Below are positions 40,130 to 51,325 of a DNA stretch of 64,000 nt, in pieces. Both the position numbers and the translations under genes were made by a program. Numbering within the stretch: position 1 is the stretch's first letter; each line of letters starts with the position of its first letter. The DNA comes from Promethearchaeota archaeon (lineage in GTDB: Archaea > Asgardarchaeota > Lokiarchaeia > Sigyniarchaeales > SOKP01): the NCBI GenBank assembly GCA_030603385.1, contig JAUVXW010000019.1:1-64000 (forward strand), in the 5' to 3' direction. The notes below the pieces were generated by a model, which did no database searches, was not told the DNA's origin, and saw only the letters and a program-made list of their open reading frames with translations.

Positions 40130-40684
40130 TTGAAATCTTTTCTATATATTATTGCTGGAGAGATAGGTATTTATGTTGGAATGGAGCTTTTAAATTCTGA
40201 ATCTAAAGATATAACAGATGAGGATATTACAGTAAATATAAAACAACAAATTGAAGGTACGGAAATTGACTTTGAACCCGATGATACCGAAGTTTTAAAG
40301 TTGAATTCAGTGCGTAAAACACTTTATAAATTATATTCAGAAAAACTTGCGAAATTCAGGCGTATTCGAGATAAATCTACGGGATGGTTTATATACTATT
40401 GGTGGCACGAATTTGATCTGTTAGAGGAGATTCTTATTGAGAAGAAAAAATTAGTAGATAATAAATTAAGAGAGCGATTAGACTTTGAGGAAAAGAATTA
40501 TTTTTTCTTTTGTAAAACCTGTCAAAATATCAATATTAAATATAATTTTGATGAAGCTTTTGAACTTAACTTTAAATGTCCTGATTGTGGAAGTCCTTTA
40601 GAAGCCCAAGATAACCAGAAAATCATTGAATTTTTAAAAAACAAGATTGTCTTAAACCAGAACTTAAAGATATCAATTGATTGA
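40130..40684 (+). CDS. tfe: Transcription factor E (TFIIE-alpha)
   Basis: LNSVRKTLYKLY, RIRDKSTGWFIYYW, CKTC...FDEAFELNFKCPDCG. Confidence 0.93.
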   Translation: MKSFLYIIAGEIGIYVGMELLNSESKDITDEDITVNIKQQIEGTEIDFEPDDTEVLKLNSVRKTLYKLYSEKLAKFRRIRDKSTGWFIYYWWHEFDLLEEILIEKKKLVDNKLRERLDFEEKNYFFFCKTCQNINIKYNFDEAFELNFKCPDCGSPLEAQDNQKIIEFLKNKIVLNQNLKISID

Positions 40685-40759
40685 AATAACTATTAGCTAA
40701 ATTTAAAACTAAGTTCCGTTGTCAATAACCTTAAATTAATTATAAATTTGTAACTATTT

Positions 40760-42784
40760 ATGGATGAAGTAGTTAGATTTGGAACATGTACAAAAGACTG
40801 TTATGGTTCTTGTGTATTTAATGGGATTTGGAATGATAATGCTATAGAACATAAATTACTTTATGCAAGGCCTTTAAAAAATCATCCTTTTACTAAAGGT
40901 TTTTTCTGTTCTAAATATAATAATCGGCAAGAATTATTATATCACCCAAATCGTTTAAAAAAACCATTAGCTAGGATTAGTCTAAAACCTGAAAATAATT
41001 TCAAAATTATTTCTTCTCAACAAGCAATAGAAATTATAGCCCAAAAAGTAATAGAAATTAAAGAAAAAAGGCAGGAAAAATCTATAATTGGGGCGTTTTA
41101 TGCTGGAAATTCTGGATTGATATCTATGCATTCTCCTCTTAGGTTTTTTACTAAGATTGGAGGTACAGTTACCAGTGCGGGCCTATGTAATGAAGGTGGG
41201 TGTGAAAGTTTAAAAAAAATATTTGGAACTTATTCAATATCCAATCCTCTTCAAATAATTAATCCAGCGACCTCTTTAATTGTGATTTGGGGGAGTAATC
41301 TTTCAGAAAGTAATATTCATGCTTATTTTTTGGTTAAGCAAGCAATTAAAAATAAAACCAAGTTAATTGTAATTGATTCTCGAAATACTCGAGTCGCTAA
41401 AAAATCTAATTGTTTTCTACAAATAAATCCTGGTACTGAACATTTAATGGTTACAATGTTAGTTAAAGCACTTGATAACCAAAATGCATGTGATATTGAA
41501 TTTTTAAAAGAAAATATTGATTCATATTCATCAATTTTTTCAGATATCGGGGATTTTGATGAAAATAAGTTATTGTCCCAAATAGGTATCAATTTTGAAA
41601 GATTTCAGGAATTTGTTGATTTGTTAGTTGAGCATAAACACCATACATTATTTATGATTGGTTATGGAGTTCAGAAAGATTTTTACGGAGGAAGAATTGT
41701 TCAATCCATTGCTTTACTCCAAATCTTACTTGGAAATATCGGTAAACAAGGAACAGGCTTATTATATTCTCAAAGTGATTTTATAAAGCCTATAACACTA
41801 CCAATTTTGAATTATATTACCTCTTCTACAATTAGTTCCAATTTAAAGGAAATTCCTTTAATTAATCTTGGTAAAGCTTTATCTACCGGAGATTTTAAGC
41901 TATTATTTGTATATAATTTTAATCCGGTGAGCTCTTTACCTAATCAAAATTTATTGAGAGAAGCACTTTTAAAGAAAGATTTATTTGTGGTTGTTTTAGA
42001 TTTATTTTTGAACGAAACCACGAATTATGCAGATATCGTAATACCAGCAAAGTTTGATTTGGAATCATCTGATATAATTACCCCGTATTATTTTCCTAGC
42101 ATATCTATAAATTTAGGGGGTCCGTGTCCATATTCGGATTGTATGTCAAATTATGAGTTTTTTCAGCAATTAGCTTGGAAAGTAGGTTATAAAAAATCAG
42201 CAATTATTAAAGAATCTGAGGAAGATATATTTAATAAATGTTTAAACATGCTGCCACAAAAAATTTACAAAGATCTTATTTCAAAAGGATATCATTTATT
42301 ATTCGATCAAACTCAGATTCCATTTAAAAATCTTAAATTTCCTACGCTAAATCATAAAATCCAAGTTCAACATATAAATCTTAGATTTGGTGAGAAGGAA
42401 TTAAATCAGAAACTTAACCGCAAAAAAAATGAATTTATACTAATTTCACCATCTCATTCTTATTTCTTGCATTCTCAATTAGGTCAGTTGAATTCTAAGT
42501 ATTATGAAGATTTTGGTAGAATATTTTTAAACCCAGAAGATATAAAGACTTTAGATGTAGATATAGATGAAGAGGTGATAGTTTCTAATGAATACGGTTA
42601 TGCTAAATATATACTAGCCGAACTCCCATCTCTAAAATCTGGTATTGCGCTAATCTATTCTGGAGTATCATCACCTTATAATGAAAGTACAAATGTTAAT
42701 CTTTTTACTCCTGATATTCCTGAAGAATCGGGTCTTTCGGGTGCATATAATTCTTCGGTAATAAAAGTTAAAAAAGTGAATTAG
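40760..42784 (+). CDS. Molybdopterin oxidoreductase (DMSO reductase family)
   Basis: CTKDCYGSC...C Fe-S motif, RLKKPL, IWGSN, DLFLNETTNYADIVIPA. Confidence 0.88.
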   Translation: MDEVVRFGTCTKDCYGSCVFNGIWNDNAIEHKLLYARPLKNHPFTKGFFCSKYNNRQELLYHPNRLKKPLARISLKPENNFKIISSQQAIEIIAQKVIEIKEKRQEKSIIGAFYAGNSGLISMHSPLRFFTKIGGTVTSAGLCNEGGCESLKKIFGTYSISNPLQIINPATSLIVIWGSNLSESNIHAYFLVKQAIKNKTKLIVIDSRNTRVAKKSNCFLQINPGTEHLMVTMLVKALDNQNACDIEFLKENIDSYSSIFSDIGDFDENKLLSQIGINFERFQEFVDLLVEHKHHTLFMIGYGVQKDFYGGRIVQSIALLQILLGNIGKQGTGLLYSQSDFIKPITLPILNYITSSTISSNLKEIPLINLGKALSTGDFKLLFVYNFNPVSSLPNQNLLREALLKKDLFVVVLDLFLNETTNYADIVIPAKFDLESSDIITPYYFPSISINLGGPCPYSDCMSNYEFFQQLAWKVGYKKSAIIKESEEDIFNKCLNMLPQKIYKDLISKGYHLLFDQTQIPFKNLKFPTLNHKIQVQHINLRFGEKELNQKLNRKKNEFILISPSHSYFLHSQLGQLNSKYYEDFGRIFLNPEDIKTLDVDIDEEVIVSNEYGYAKYILAELPSLKSGIALIYSGVSSPYNESTNVNLFTPDIPEESGLSGAYNSSVIKVKKVN

Positions 42785-42879
42785 AAAACATTTTTATAAG
42801 CACAATTAGTTTATTAAAAAGCTCTTGTTAGGGAATCATCTTATGATTCTCGATCTGTCTTTCAATAGAGTAAATTAGA

Positions 42880-43428
42880 TTAGGAATTTGAATCTTTACT
42901 TTTTCTTTTAATGAATGCAATATCTCCTAAAGAACTACCAGTTGATTTTTTCATAAATTTAGTTTCTTGAACATTAAACTCCGTCTCATCAACTTTCTTT
43001 AATAGTTTGATTTTATATACCTGTTGGATTTTTTTTGCTAGTTTGATGGTTGGCTCCACTTTTCCTGCTTCAATTCTCCGGAGTAATGATGGTTTTTCAT
43101 TTAATTTCTGAGCAAATTGATCTTGATTGAGTCTAAGATTACCTCTAACATTTCGAATCCTTTTAGCATAATCCAGAACGATTTCTAATTCTTCAATTCT
43201 TTTAGGTTTAAATGCTTGCTTTTTTAGATTAGTTTGAGGTTTCTTTTGAGCGGTTTTCTTTATTTGAACATTGTTAGATGGTTTATAGATTTTTGTGCCA
43301 TGTTGAGCACAATTATCACATACTGTGATTTTAGCACCCTCTAATAAAACTTTCTGTCCCTTTCCCCATATTATACCTCCGCATATTGGGCATTCCTTAT
43401 CTACCTCACTGTATCTAGTTTTTGGCAT
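42880..43428 (-). CDS. mbf1: Multiprotein bridging factor aMBF1
   Basis: CPICG..EGAKITVCDNC zinc ribbon, Cro-like HTH, SLGD. Confidence 0.93.
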   Translation of the reverse strand: MPKTRYSEVDKECPICGGIIWGKGQKVLLEGAKITVCDNCAQHGTKIYKPSNNVQIKKTAQKKPQTNLKKQAFKPKRIEELEIVLDYAKRIRNVRGNLRLNQDQFAQKLNEKPSLLRRIEAGKVEPTIKLAKKIQQVYKIKLLKKVDETEFNVQETKFMKKSTGSSLGDIAFIKRKSKDSNS

Positions 43429-43672
43429 AAACTCATCTCAAGTTTTACTAATTGATAGAATCCTCTTTCATATATAGAAGGGATTTGAGAACTCTTATAA
43501 TTTATGGTTATTATTCCATTATATTTTATAATCTAAAAATTTTTTAAAAAATGAGATTTTAAAGCAATAGTAAAGAAATAACCTTAAATTTAAATGAAGA
43601 AAAGTTTATTATTAAATCAAAGCACGTTCTTAAGATTAATAGAAAATTGAGAAAAGAAGGAGTATAATCTTT

Positions 43673-44881
43673 TTGACTACGACCAAGGATAAGAGAAAAA
43701 GAGAAGAAACTAAAGATGGCGAGTATTTGATAACTTATACTAGACATCTAGAGAAAAGGTTAAGAAATTTAGAGACAGAAAAGCAACTATTAGACGCAGA
43801 GCGATTAAGGTTAGAACAAGAACTACATAGTTTAAGAAATGAAATTGATAGACTAAGAGAACCACCTTTGGTTTCTGCGACTATTATAGATTTTTTAGAT
43901 GATAAAGGAAGAGCAATTGTAAAAAGTTCAACAGGACCAAGTTTCGTTGTCAATGCCAGTAGAAAAGTAAAAAATGAAAAATTAGCACCAGGGATGAGAG
44001 TTGCTTTAAATCAGAGAACATTCGCTATTATGGAAGTTTTACCTACAAAACTTGATCCATTTGTTAAAGGTATGGAAGTTATTGATTCAATTCCAGATAT
44101 TTCCTATGCCGATGTTGGAGGTCTGGAAGATCAACTACGGGAAGTTAGAGAAACTGTCGAACTACCATTGAAGAAGCCAGAACTATTTGAAAGAATAGGG
44201 ATTGAACCACCTAAAGGTGTATTATTATATGGGGCTCCAGGTACGGGAAAAACATTATTAGCAAAAGCAGTTGCTCATGAAACAGAAGCCACATTTATCA
44301 GAATTATTGGATCTGAATTAGTTCAAAAATTCATTGGTGAAGGTGCTCGCTTAGTTAGAGAAATTTTTAATTTAGCAAAACAAAAAGCCCCCACAATATT
44401 ATTTATAGATGAACTAGACGCAATCGGTTCTCAGAGATTAAAAATAGCCACATCTGGAGATAGAGAGGTTCAGAGAACTTTAATGCAATTATTGAGTGAA
44501 TTAGATGGCTTTGAAGAGCGAGGAGATGTGAAAATTATTGGTGCTACAAATCGAATTGATATTTTAGATCCCGCTCTATTGAGACCTGGAAGATTTGATC
44601 GAATGATAGATTTTCCTATTCCAGATGATGAAGCAAGGAAAGCTATTTTTAAGATTCATACTAGGAAATTGAATATAGAAGAAAAATTAGATCTCAATAG
44701 ATTAGTAAATTTAACAGAAGGAGCAACTGGTGCGGATATAAAGGCTATTGCTACAGAAGCAGGTATGTTTGCTATTAGAAAGGAAGCTGAGAAAATCGTT
44801 GGTAAAGATTTTATTGATGCTGTTGATAAGGTCATGAATAAAGTAAGAGATAAATGTATAGAATCTAGGCTATACTCATAA
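43673..44881 (+). CDS. pan: Proteasome-activating nucleotidase
   Basis: Coiled coil plus OB fold, [27 protein letters not shown]-terminal HbYX (LYS). Confidence 0.96.
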   Translation: MTTTKDKRKREETKDGEYLITYTRHLEKRLRNLETEKQLLDAERLRLEQELHSLRNEIDRLREPPLVSATIIDFLDDKGRAIVKSSTGPSFVVNASRKVKNEKLAPGMRVALNQRTFAIMEVLPTKLDPFVKGMEVIDSIPDISYADVGGLEDQLREVRETVELPLKKPELFERIGIEPPKGVLLYGAPGTGKTLLAKAVAHETEATFIRIIGSELVQKFIGEGARLVREIFNLAKQKAPTILFIDELDAIGSQRLKIATSGDREVQRTLMQLLSELDGFEERGDVKIIGATNRIDILDPALLRPGRFDRMIDFPIPDDEARKAIFKIHTRKLNIEEKLDLNRLVNLTEGATGADIKAIATEAGMFAIRKEAEKIVGKDFIDAVDKVMNKVRDKCIESRLYS

Positions 44882-44953
44882 TGAGTATAGATTAGAATTT
44901 ATTTATGTTTTGATTGCTTATTTTAATATAACCTATTTTATTATTTATTACAA

Positions 44954-45445
44954 ATGGAAAATAAACTTTTATTAGGATTAAGACAAGTCAAAGCAATTTC
45001 AGATTATCAATTTGGCAAAGATATAACTAACATTCTATTTAATGAATTAGAGAATATTCTTATTGAAAGATCTCGTGCTACTAATAAAATACGATATATT
45101 TTTCATAAAAACAATTTAATACTTACATTACGACCTAATAACGGTTTCTTTACATTAAGTTTACACTCAGCCAGTATGATAATCAACAATATTTCAACTC
45201 CAAAGTTAAGAGTTATTGTTTTAAACGAGATTTCTGAGTTCATAAAGAAGGGGAGGAATGTTTTCTGTAAGCATGTGGTTGATATTGATGAAAATTTAAG
45301 ACCCTTAGATGAAGTAATTGTAGTTAATCAAAATGACGAATTATTAGCTATTGGTAGATTAAAATTACCTATCTCATATATTAAGTCTTTTTCAAGTGGA
45401 GTTGCTGTAAATGTTCGAAAAGGAGTTTATAAATCAAAAATTTAA
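44954..45445 (+). CDS. PUA-domain protein (archaeosine TGT C-terminal-like)
   Basis: DYQFG, GRNVFCKHV, DEVIVVN..DELLAIG, GVAVNVRKG. Confidence 0.85.
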   Translation: MENKLLLGLRQVKAISDYQFGKDITNILFNELENILIERSRATNKIRYIFHKNNLILTLRPNNGFFTLSLHSASMIINNISTPKLRVIVLNEISEFIKKGRNVFCKHVVDIDENLRPLDEVIVVNQNDELLAIGRLKLPISYIKSFSSGVAVNVRKGVYKSKI

Positions 45446-45487
45446 ATTGCAGATTATTATATAATTATATAGAAATTACTTTTAAAA

Positions 45488-45976
45488 GTGAAGATCTTGG
45501 TAAAATTGCCAAAAGAAATGCAAGATAAAATTAAAAATAAACCTAAACGCCCACAAGCAGCACCAAAGAGAGAAGGGGGCCAAGTTGGATCAAGACAGAT
45601 GCGAAGAAGAATGCAACAACAAGGCATCGAAATGGAACAAATTGAAGCAACAAGAGTTATAATCGAAGGATCAGAAAAAACCTTAGTATTAGAACAACCT
45701 GAAGTTGTTCTAATGAAACAAGCAGGTCAAGAGATTTATCAGATAATAGGACAAGCAGAAGAGCTTTCTTCGGATGATCTTACTATTGTTGCAGATACAA
45801 AAATTGAAGATGATGAATCAATAGAAGAGACAGAATTTAAACCCACTATAACAGAAAACGATATCATGTTAGTTGCAAATCAAGCGAACGTCGATAAAAA
45901 AGAGGCGGAAACGGTATTAAAAGAATGCGATGGAGATATTGCTAAAGCAATTTTATTCTTAAAAAATAGACCTTAA
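45488..45976 (+). CDS. nac: Nascent polypeptide-associated complex protein
   Basis: RQMRRRMQQQGIEM, YQIIG, UBA-like DIMLVANQA...GDIAKAIL. Confidence 0.93.
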   Translation: MKILVKLPKEMQDKIKNKPKRPQAAPKREGGQVGSRQMRRRMQQQGIEMEQIEATRVIIEGSEKTLVLEQPEVVLMKQAGQEIYQIIGQAEELSSDDLTIVADTKIEDDESIEETEFKPTITENDIMLVANQANVDKKEAETVLKECDGDIAKAILFLKNRP

Positions 45977-46062
45977 TCGAATTATTTTTTTTAATTTAGA
46001 AATCATAAAAATTAAGAATTATAAAATTTTTAATATTCAAAAAGAAGGTTATTTGATAAGGA

Positions 46063-46416
46063 ATGTCAAAAGTTAGGAAGAAACAAATTGAGCGCCAAAA
46101 AACTCTTTCAGAATTAGATATTAAATTTGAGAAAATTATTCAATTTTCTGGTTGGATGTTTTTATTTGCCCTTGGAGGTTTTATGGGAGGTTGGGTCGTT
46201 CTCGATACAATTTTAGAAATAATAGATTTAAATATAAATGCTATGACTTTTAGCTTAATTATATTTACTGGAACGAACTCAGCGGTTAGTTTTGGGGTAG
46301 CTTCAAAAATAAAAAATGACCGAACAAAAAAGAGAGAATTTTTTCTTGATTGGTTAATAGGAGAATTTCTTTTGTGTATGTTTGCGATATTTGCTGTTGC
46401 CGCTTATCAATGGTGA
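46063..46416 (+). CDS. Small three-TM membrane protein
   Basis: Three hydrophobic segments. Confidence 0.65.
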   Translation: MSKVRKKQIERQKTLSELDIKFEKIIQFSGWMFLFALGGFMGGWVVLDTILEIIDLNINAMTFSLIIFTGTNSAVSFGVASKIKNDRTKKREFFLDWLIGEFLLCMFAIFAVAAYQW

Positions 46417-46474
46417 ATATTTCCTTATTTTCTCCCTGTTTCTTGTCTGAATTTTATATAAAAAAATTAATAAA

Positions 46475-46804
46475 TCATTTATAATCTTCCCTGGCAGGAT
46501 GGAAAACATCAATCACTTCAGAATCTTCTAAAATTATGGCACCATGTTTTTCATTTGAGTCAAAAATATAGCTAGCACCCTTCTTAACTATAAATTCACC
46601 GTTCTCTGTGAGGAATTTTAATTTTCCATCTATTACATATCCAATTTGGTGTTCTTTGTGAGAATGCAAAGGGATCTCTGCATTCTTTTCAAGTGTAAAA
46701 TGACATAACATAAGATTCCTGTTATATAATAACGTTTTTCGATAAACTCCTTCAAAAACCTTTATTTGCTTGGCATTATCCTTACTCTTAATATTTTTCA
46801 TCAT
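46475..46804 (-). CDS. Cupin-domain protein
   Basis: PLHSHKEHQIGYV..G, SNEKHG, DVFHPAREDY. Confidence 0.88.
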   Translation of the reverse strand: MMKNIKSKDNAKQIKVFEGVYRKTLLYNRNLMLCHFTLEKNAEIPLHSHKEHQIGYVIDGKLKFLTENGEFIVKKGASYIFDSNEKHGAIILEDSEVIDVFHPAREDYK

Positions 46805-47144
46805 TATACCTTCCCCTTATTCAACCAATTTGATAAATTTTTTTGTTTAAATATACATATAATTAATTTTTATGGAATTATTTTATTTCAAATTTAATAA
46901 AAACTGTAATCTCATCGACAAAACTTTGGGTTATTGGCAAATACAAAAATAATAAATTACAAATCAATTAGACTCCAAATAATTATGTATTTGTTTCTGA
47001 CTTAAACAACCAATAAAGGAAATTACAAATAAAGCGTTAATAAAATAACTTTAAATTGGAGAAACAAATAAATTTTTATATCAAAAGAGGTAAAATATTA
47101 ACGATAATAAAGAATTAATAATTCTCTTAATTCAGATCACGCCA

Positions 47145-47161
47145 CCGACAAAATTTTATAC
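47145..47161 (+). promoter_or_regulatory. Putative BRE/TATA promoter of nrdD
   Basis: CCGACAAAA followed by TTTTATAC about 70 nt upstream of the start. Confidence 0.4.
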
Positions 47162-47232
47162 TTTTAAGAATCATAGATTATAGTTCTTTATTGTTAAAGA
47201 TAATTTGAAATTGAAAAAAGAGATGTTAAACA

Positions 47233-49368
47233 TTGGTATTGTTATCAGATCCTAAAACTATAAAAGAAAAAGATGGTGAAAAAATAAAGCGGAATTATTT
47301 AACAAAATTAATACCTCAAGTTTTTAGAACTGAAGGTGATGTTGTACCTTTCGATCCAGTTAAAATTGAACACAGTCTTATCAGAGAAACTGGTTTAGAT
47401 CAAAGATCTGCTGATAGGATTACTGAACTTGTTGTCAGAAGAATAATTTCTTCAGGGATTAAATTTCTATCAGGTCCGCATATTAGAGAAATAGTTTGCT
47501 CAATTTTATCAGAACAACATTTTGAAGAAGAACGTAAAATATACACTAGAATTGGAATGCCATTGATGGATTATGAAGCTATTTTAGAATATGGAGTTGA
47601 TGAAAATGCAAATCAAGATATGAACCCTGAAAGCATTCATCATTGGGCTGCAAATAGGATCTCTGATGAATATGCATTATTAAGAATTTTAGACTCAGAA
47701 GAAGCACGTGCTCATCTATTTGGTGATCTTCATGTTCATATGCTTCGGTATTTCGATTTGCGACCATTCTGCCAAGAATGGGATCCCAGGATGATTCTTG
47801 AAAATGGGTTACCACCTGTAGAGAGTTGGGTCCATTGTAGTAAGTCTGGCCCAGCAGGTAGTTTGCGAGTGGCCGTTACACATTTAGCAAAATGGTTAGG
47901 GATTATTCAAGGTGAATTTAGCGGTGGTCAGGGATATGATTATATAACCACCTTTTTAGCTCCTTATGCACGTGGTATCTCTGATAGAGAAATAGAACAA
48001 TCGATGCAGTGTTTAATTTTTGAAACTAATCAAATTTTTGCTGCAAGAGGAGGACAAGTTCCATTTACTTCAATCTCCTGTACTCCAACAGTACCAGATG
48101 GTTTATTAAATATACCTGCAGTTGGGCCTCATGGAAAAATAGGAGGAACTTATGGTGATTATAAAGATGAGTGTCTTAAACTCTTTGATGCTTTAACTGA
48201 CGTATATATTCAAGGTGACCATAATGGAAAACTCTTTGCTTTTCCGAAACATGAGATTAAAGTTAAAAAAGAATGGTTAAGTGAATTTGAACCATCTTAT
48301 TTAAAACTAATGGAAGAAGTCGCAACAATGGGAACTCCATATTTTCTAAATATGTGCCCAGATTGGATGCCTGATGAAATTCATAGTCAATGTTGTAGAA
48401 AGTTTTTAAGTGGAAATCAAATAATAGAGCAATGCATCCTTGATCCCGAAAAAAGAAAAAATGCTAATGTGTGGGAAAATTATGTTACAATTGGTTCATT
48501 ACAAAGCGTCAGTTTAAATTTACCTCGGTATGCTTATCTTTCCAATAATACAGATGATTATTTTACATTATTAGATATGAAAATGGAACTTTCAGCTAGA
48601 ATTCTTAGAAAAAAATGGAATTTAATGGAAAAACGGTTAAAAACGGGTCATTTACCTTTATGCAGTGGGAAAATTAATGGCAAGCCTATTTTTAATATTA
48701 ACGATCAGAATCTTTCAATAGGGTTTACTGGATTAAATGAAGCTGTGAAAAGCCTAACTGGATATGAATTACATGAACATGATACTGCTTATGAATTAGG
48801 AAAAAAAATATTAAGTTATATGGTTGCTAAATGTAATAGTATGACAGAAAGAGATAATAAATATTATTCTCTTTGGGAACAACCTGCAGAATCAACAGCT
48901 AATCGCTTAGCAAAATTAGATTTAAAACATTTTCCAAAGAAAGCTATCCCTCAATCACATGGTAATACTGCCTATTATACAAATTCAGATCATTTTAGAT
49001 ACGATGCAGGTATTTCTTTATCAGAAAGGATTAAAAAACAAGGTGAATTTCACCCGATAGTAAATGGAGGTGTTATCACTCACATTTGGCTTGGCGAACA
49101 AAAGCCAGATATTTATGCTTTATGGGAACTTACTAAGAATATCTGCCTTAATACGAATACTGCATATTTTGCATATACTATTGATTTCATTTATTGCCCA
49201 TTATGTAGAAAGATGATTAGAGGGTCTCAATTTAGCTGTCCAATGTGTCATTCTGAAGATGTAAAAGTTTATTCCCGAGTCACAGGATATTATAGTGAAG
49301 TAAATAGATATAATCCTGGTAAAAAAGCCGAATGGCAAGCTCGTAAACGAGAATATATTTTTCATTAA
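47233..49368 (+). CDS. nrdD: Anaerobic (class III) ribonucleotide reductase with an ATP cone
   Basis: ATP cone; RPFC; finger-loop SQCCR; PAES; CPLC..CPMC zinc site; glycyl-radical loop SRVTGYY. Confidence 0.95.
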   Translation: MVLLSDPKTIKEKDGEKIKRNYLTKLIPQVFRTEGDVVPFDPVKIEHSLIRETGLDQRSADRITELVVRRIISSGIKFLSGPHIREIVCSILSEQHFEEERKIYTRIGMPLMDYEAILEYGVDENANQDMNPESIHHWAANRISDEYALLRILDSEEARAHLFGDLHVHMLRYFDLRPFCQEWDPRMILENGLPPVESWVHCSKSGPAGSLRVAVTHLAKWLGIIQGEFSGGQGYDYITTFLAPYARGISDREIEQSMQCLIFETNQIFAARGGQVPFTSISCTPTVPDGLLNIPAVGPHGKIGGTYGDYKDECLKLFDALTDVYIQGDHNGKLFAFPKHEIKVKKEWLSEFEPSYLKLMEEVATMGTPYFLNMCPDWMPDEIHSQCCRKFLSGNQIIEQCILDPEKRKNANVWENYVTIGSLQSVSLNLPRYAYLSNNTDDYFTLLDMKMELSARILRKKWNLMEKRLKTGHLPLCSGKINGKPIFNINDQNLSIGFTGLNEAVKSLTGYELHEHDTAYELGKKILSYMVAKCNSMTERDNKYYSLWEQPAESTANRLAKLDLKHFPKKAIPQSHGNTAYYTNSDHFRYDAGISLSERIKKQGEFHPIVNGGVITHIWLGEQKPDIYALWELTKNICLNTNTAYFAYTIDFIYCPLCRKMIRGSQFSCPMCHSEDVKVYSRVTGYYSEVNRYNPGKKAEWQARKREYIFH

Positions 49369-49407
49369 TTTTCTATTTTTTATATAATCCCGTATAATAT
49401 TCTATAT

Positions 49408-49734
49408 ATGGTAAAAGAGAATTCATTAATAGAAATTCAAAATTTAGTTGATCATTGGATTTGTGAACATGGTGGATACTGGTCTCCTTTATCAATGATT
49501 TGTGCGATTATGGAAGAGTTAGGAGAAGTGGCTAGAGAGGTTAACTCTCTTGAAGGATATAAACCTAAAAAATCTAGTATATTGAATTCAAATTTAGGAG
49601 AGGAATTAGCTGATCTTCTATTTTCTATAATATGCATCGCTAATCATTATAAAGTTGATTTGGGAAAAGAATTTAATAATATAATTGATAAATACTCTAA
49701 GAGAGATTCAAAGCGGTTTTTAGATTTAGAATAA
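49408..49734 (+). CDS. MazG-like nucleotide pyrophosphohydrolase
   Basis: EELGEVARE, EELADLLF. Confidence 0.9.
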   Translation: MVKENSLIEIQNLVDHWICEHGGYWSPLSMICAIMEELGEVAREVNSLEGYKPKKSSILNSNLGEELADLLFSIICIANHYKVDLGKEFNNIIDKYSKRDSKRFLDLE

Positions 49735-49852
49735 CATCCTATTGTTTAATGGAATACCATTTGAATTTATTTTTAATGCAAAATTTTAATTGATTAAATT
49801 TTTCTATTTTATAAGTCATTAGTAATGGGTTACTAATTAATCGTTAAAACTC

Positions 49853-51028
49853 ATGTTGAAAAATGGATTGGAAAAGCAGGAAATACTTCGTATACTAGAA
49901 GAAAAATTAAAATTAGATAAGTTGTATGATTCAGGATCAATTTTAGGATCTATGTGCACAGAACCACTTGATTTAGGTATTGAAATTTGCATGAAATATA
50001 TATCTAAAAATTTAGGTGATCCTGGATTATTTTTAGGGACAACAGCTTTAGAGCAAGAATTAGTTTCAGAGATAGGTGAGCTTTTTGGAGGAAAACATAT
50101 AATGGGTACTTTTACTACAGGTGGTTCAGAAGCAAATCTAATTGCATTGAGGATCGCTAAGAAGTTGAGACCTGATATAAAAAATCCTGAAGTTGTGTTA
50201 TCTCAATCTGCACACATTTCATTTGATAAAGCAGCTGATTTACTCGATATAAAGCTTCGGAAAGCACATTTGAATGAAGATTTTACATTAGATATGAATC
50301 ATTTTGAGTCTTTAATGAATCAAAATACATGCGGGGTAGTAGGAATTGCTGGAACTACATCTTTAGGTCTAGTTGACCCCATTGAAGAAATTGGTAAAAA
50401 AACCGATGGGAAAGATATCTCCTTCCATATAGATGCAGCATTTGGAGGATTTGTGTTACCTTTCTTAGAAAATTTAAATCTCCATAGCTCTCCCTGGGAT
50501 TTTTCGGTCAAATCTGTTGATTCAATTACAGCAGATCCTCATAAGATGGGAATGGGAGTAATTCCTACTGGCGGAATTTTTTTAAGAGATAAATCAATCT
50601 TACAAAAAATCGGATTTGAAATTCCTTATTTAGCTGGTGGAAATTTTAAACATCTTCATATTGTTGGGACAAGACCAGGTGGAACAATTATTGCATTTTG
50701 GGCAATTCTAAAGTCTTTGGGAATAAACGGATTTAATAAAATTGTTGAAAAATGTATGGACAATACCAATTATTTGGTGAAAAGAATTGGGGGGATTAAA
50801 GGAATCAAAATAGCGACTAAACCTGTCATGAATATCGTAGGTATTACGACCGAGAATGGAGATACAATATGTAAAATTGATGAAGAATTGCGTAAAAGGA
50901 ATTGGATGACAGGGAAATTCGAGAAACTCAATTTAATAAGAGTGGTAGTAATGCCGCATGTTCAAAAAGTCCATTTAAAAAATTTTGTTAAAGATTTAGA
51001 AAATATTGTAAAAATTTTAAAATTTTAA
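49853..51028 (+). CDS. mfnA: PLP-dependent L-tyrosine/L-aspartate decarboxylase
   Basis: GSMCT, NLGDPGLF, GGSEAN, HIDAAFGG, DPHKMG, GTRPG. Confidence 0.92.
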   Translation: MLKNGLEKQEILRILEEKLKLDKLYDSGSILGSMCTEPLDLGIEICMKYISKNLGDPGLFLGTTALEQELVSEIGELFGGKHIMGTFTTGGSEANLIALRIAKKLRPDIKNPEVVLSQSAHISFDKAADLLDIKLRKAHLNEDFTLDMNHFESLMNQNTCGVVGIAGTTSLGLVDPIEEIGKKTDGKDISFHIDAAFGGFVLPFLENLNLHSSPWDFSVKSVDSITADPHKMGMGVIPTGGIFLRDKSILQKIGFEIPYLAGGNFKHLHIVGTRPGGTIIAFWAILKSLGINGFNKIVEKCMDNTNYLVKRIGGIKGIKIATKPVMNIVGITTENGDTICKIDEELRKRNWMTGKFEKLNLIRVVVMPHVQKVHLKNFVKDLENIVKILKF

Positions 51029-51325
51029 TAAGTTAAGCTAATACAAAAATTCTTTCCTATAATTTTATATTCTATTTTATGTAATTTTATACTTATTTCC
51101 ATCTCAATTTATGAAATTTTAAATGTAAAAGATATAGTTCTAAAATTGTATCATCTACCTCTTTAATTAATTCTTCTTATTTTATCAAATCCAAATCAGT
51201 TTGATACTGAATCTACTACTCTAAACCATATTACCAACAAAAAAATATATTTAGTACTTTTTACTATTTAATATTTAGTAAAAATTTATTTGGGAGTTTA
51301 ATTTCATAAAGTTTGATTTAGTGAT

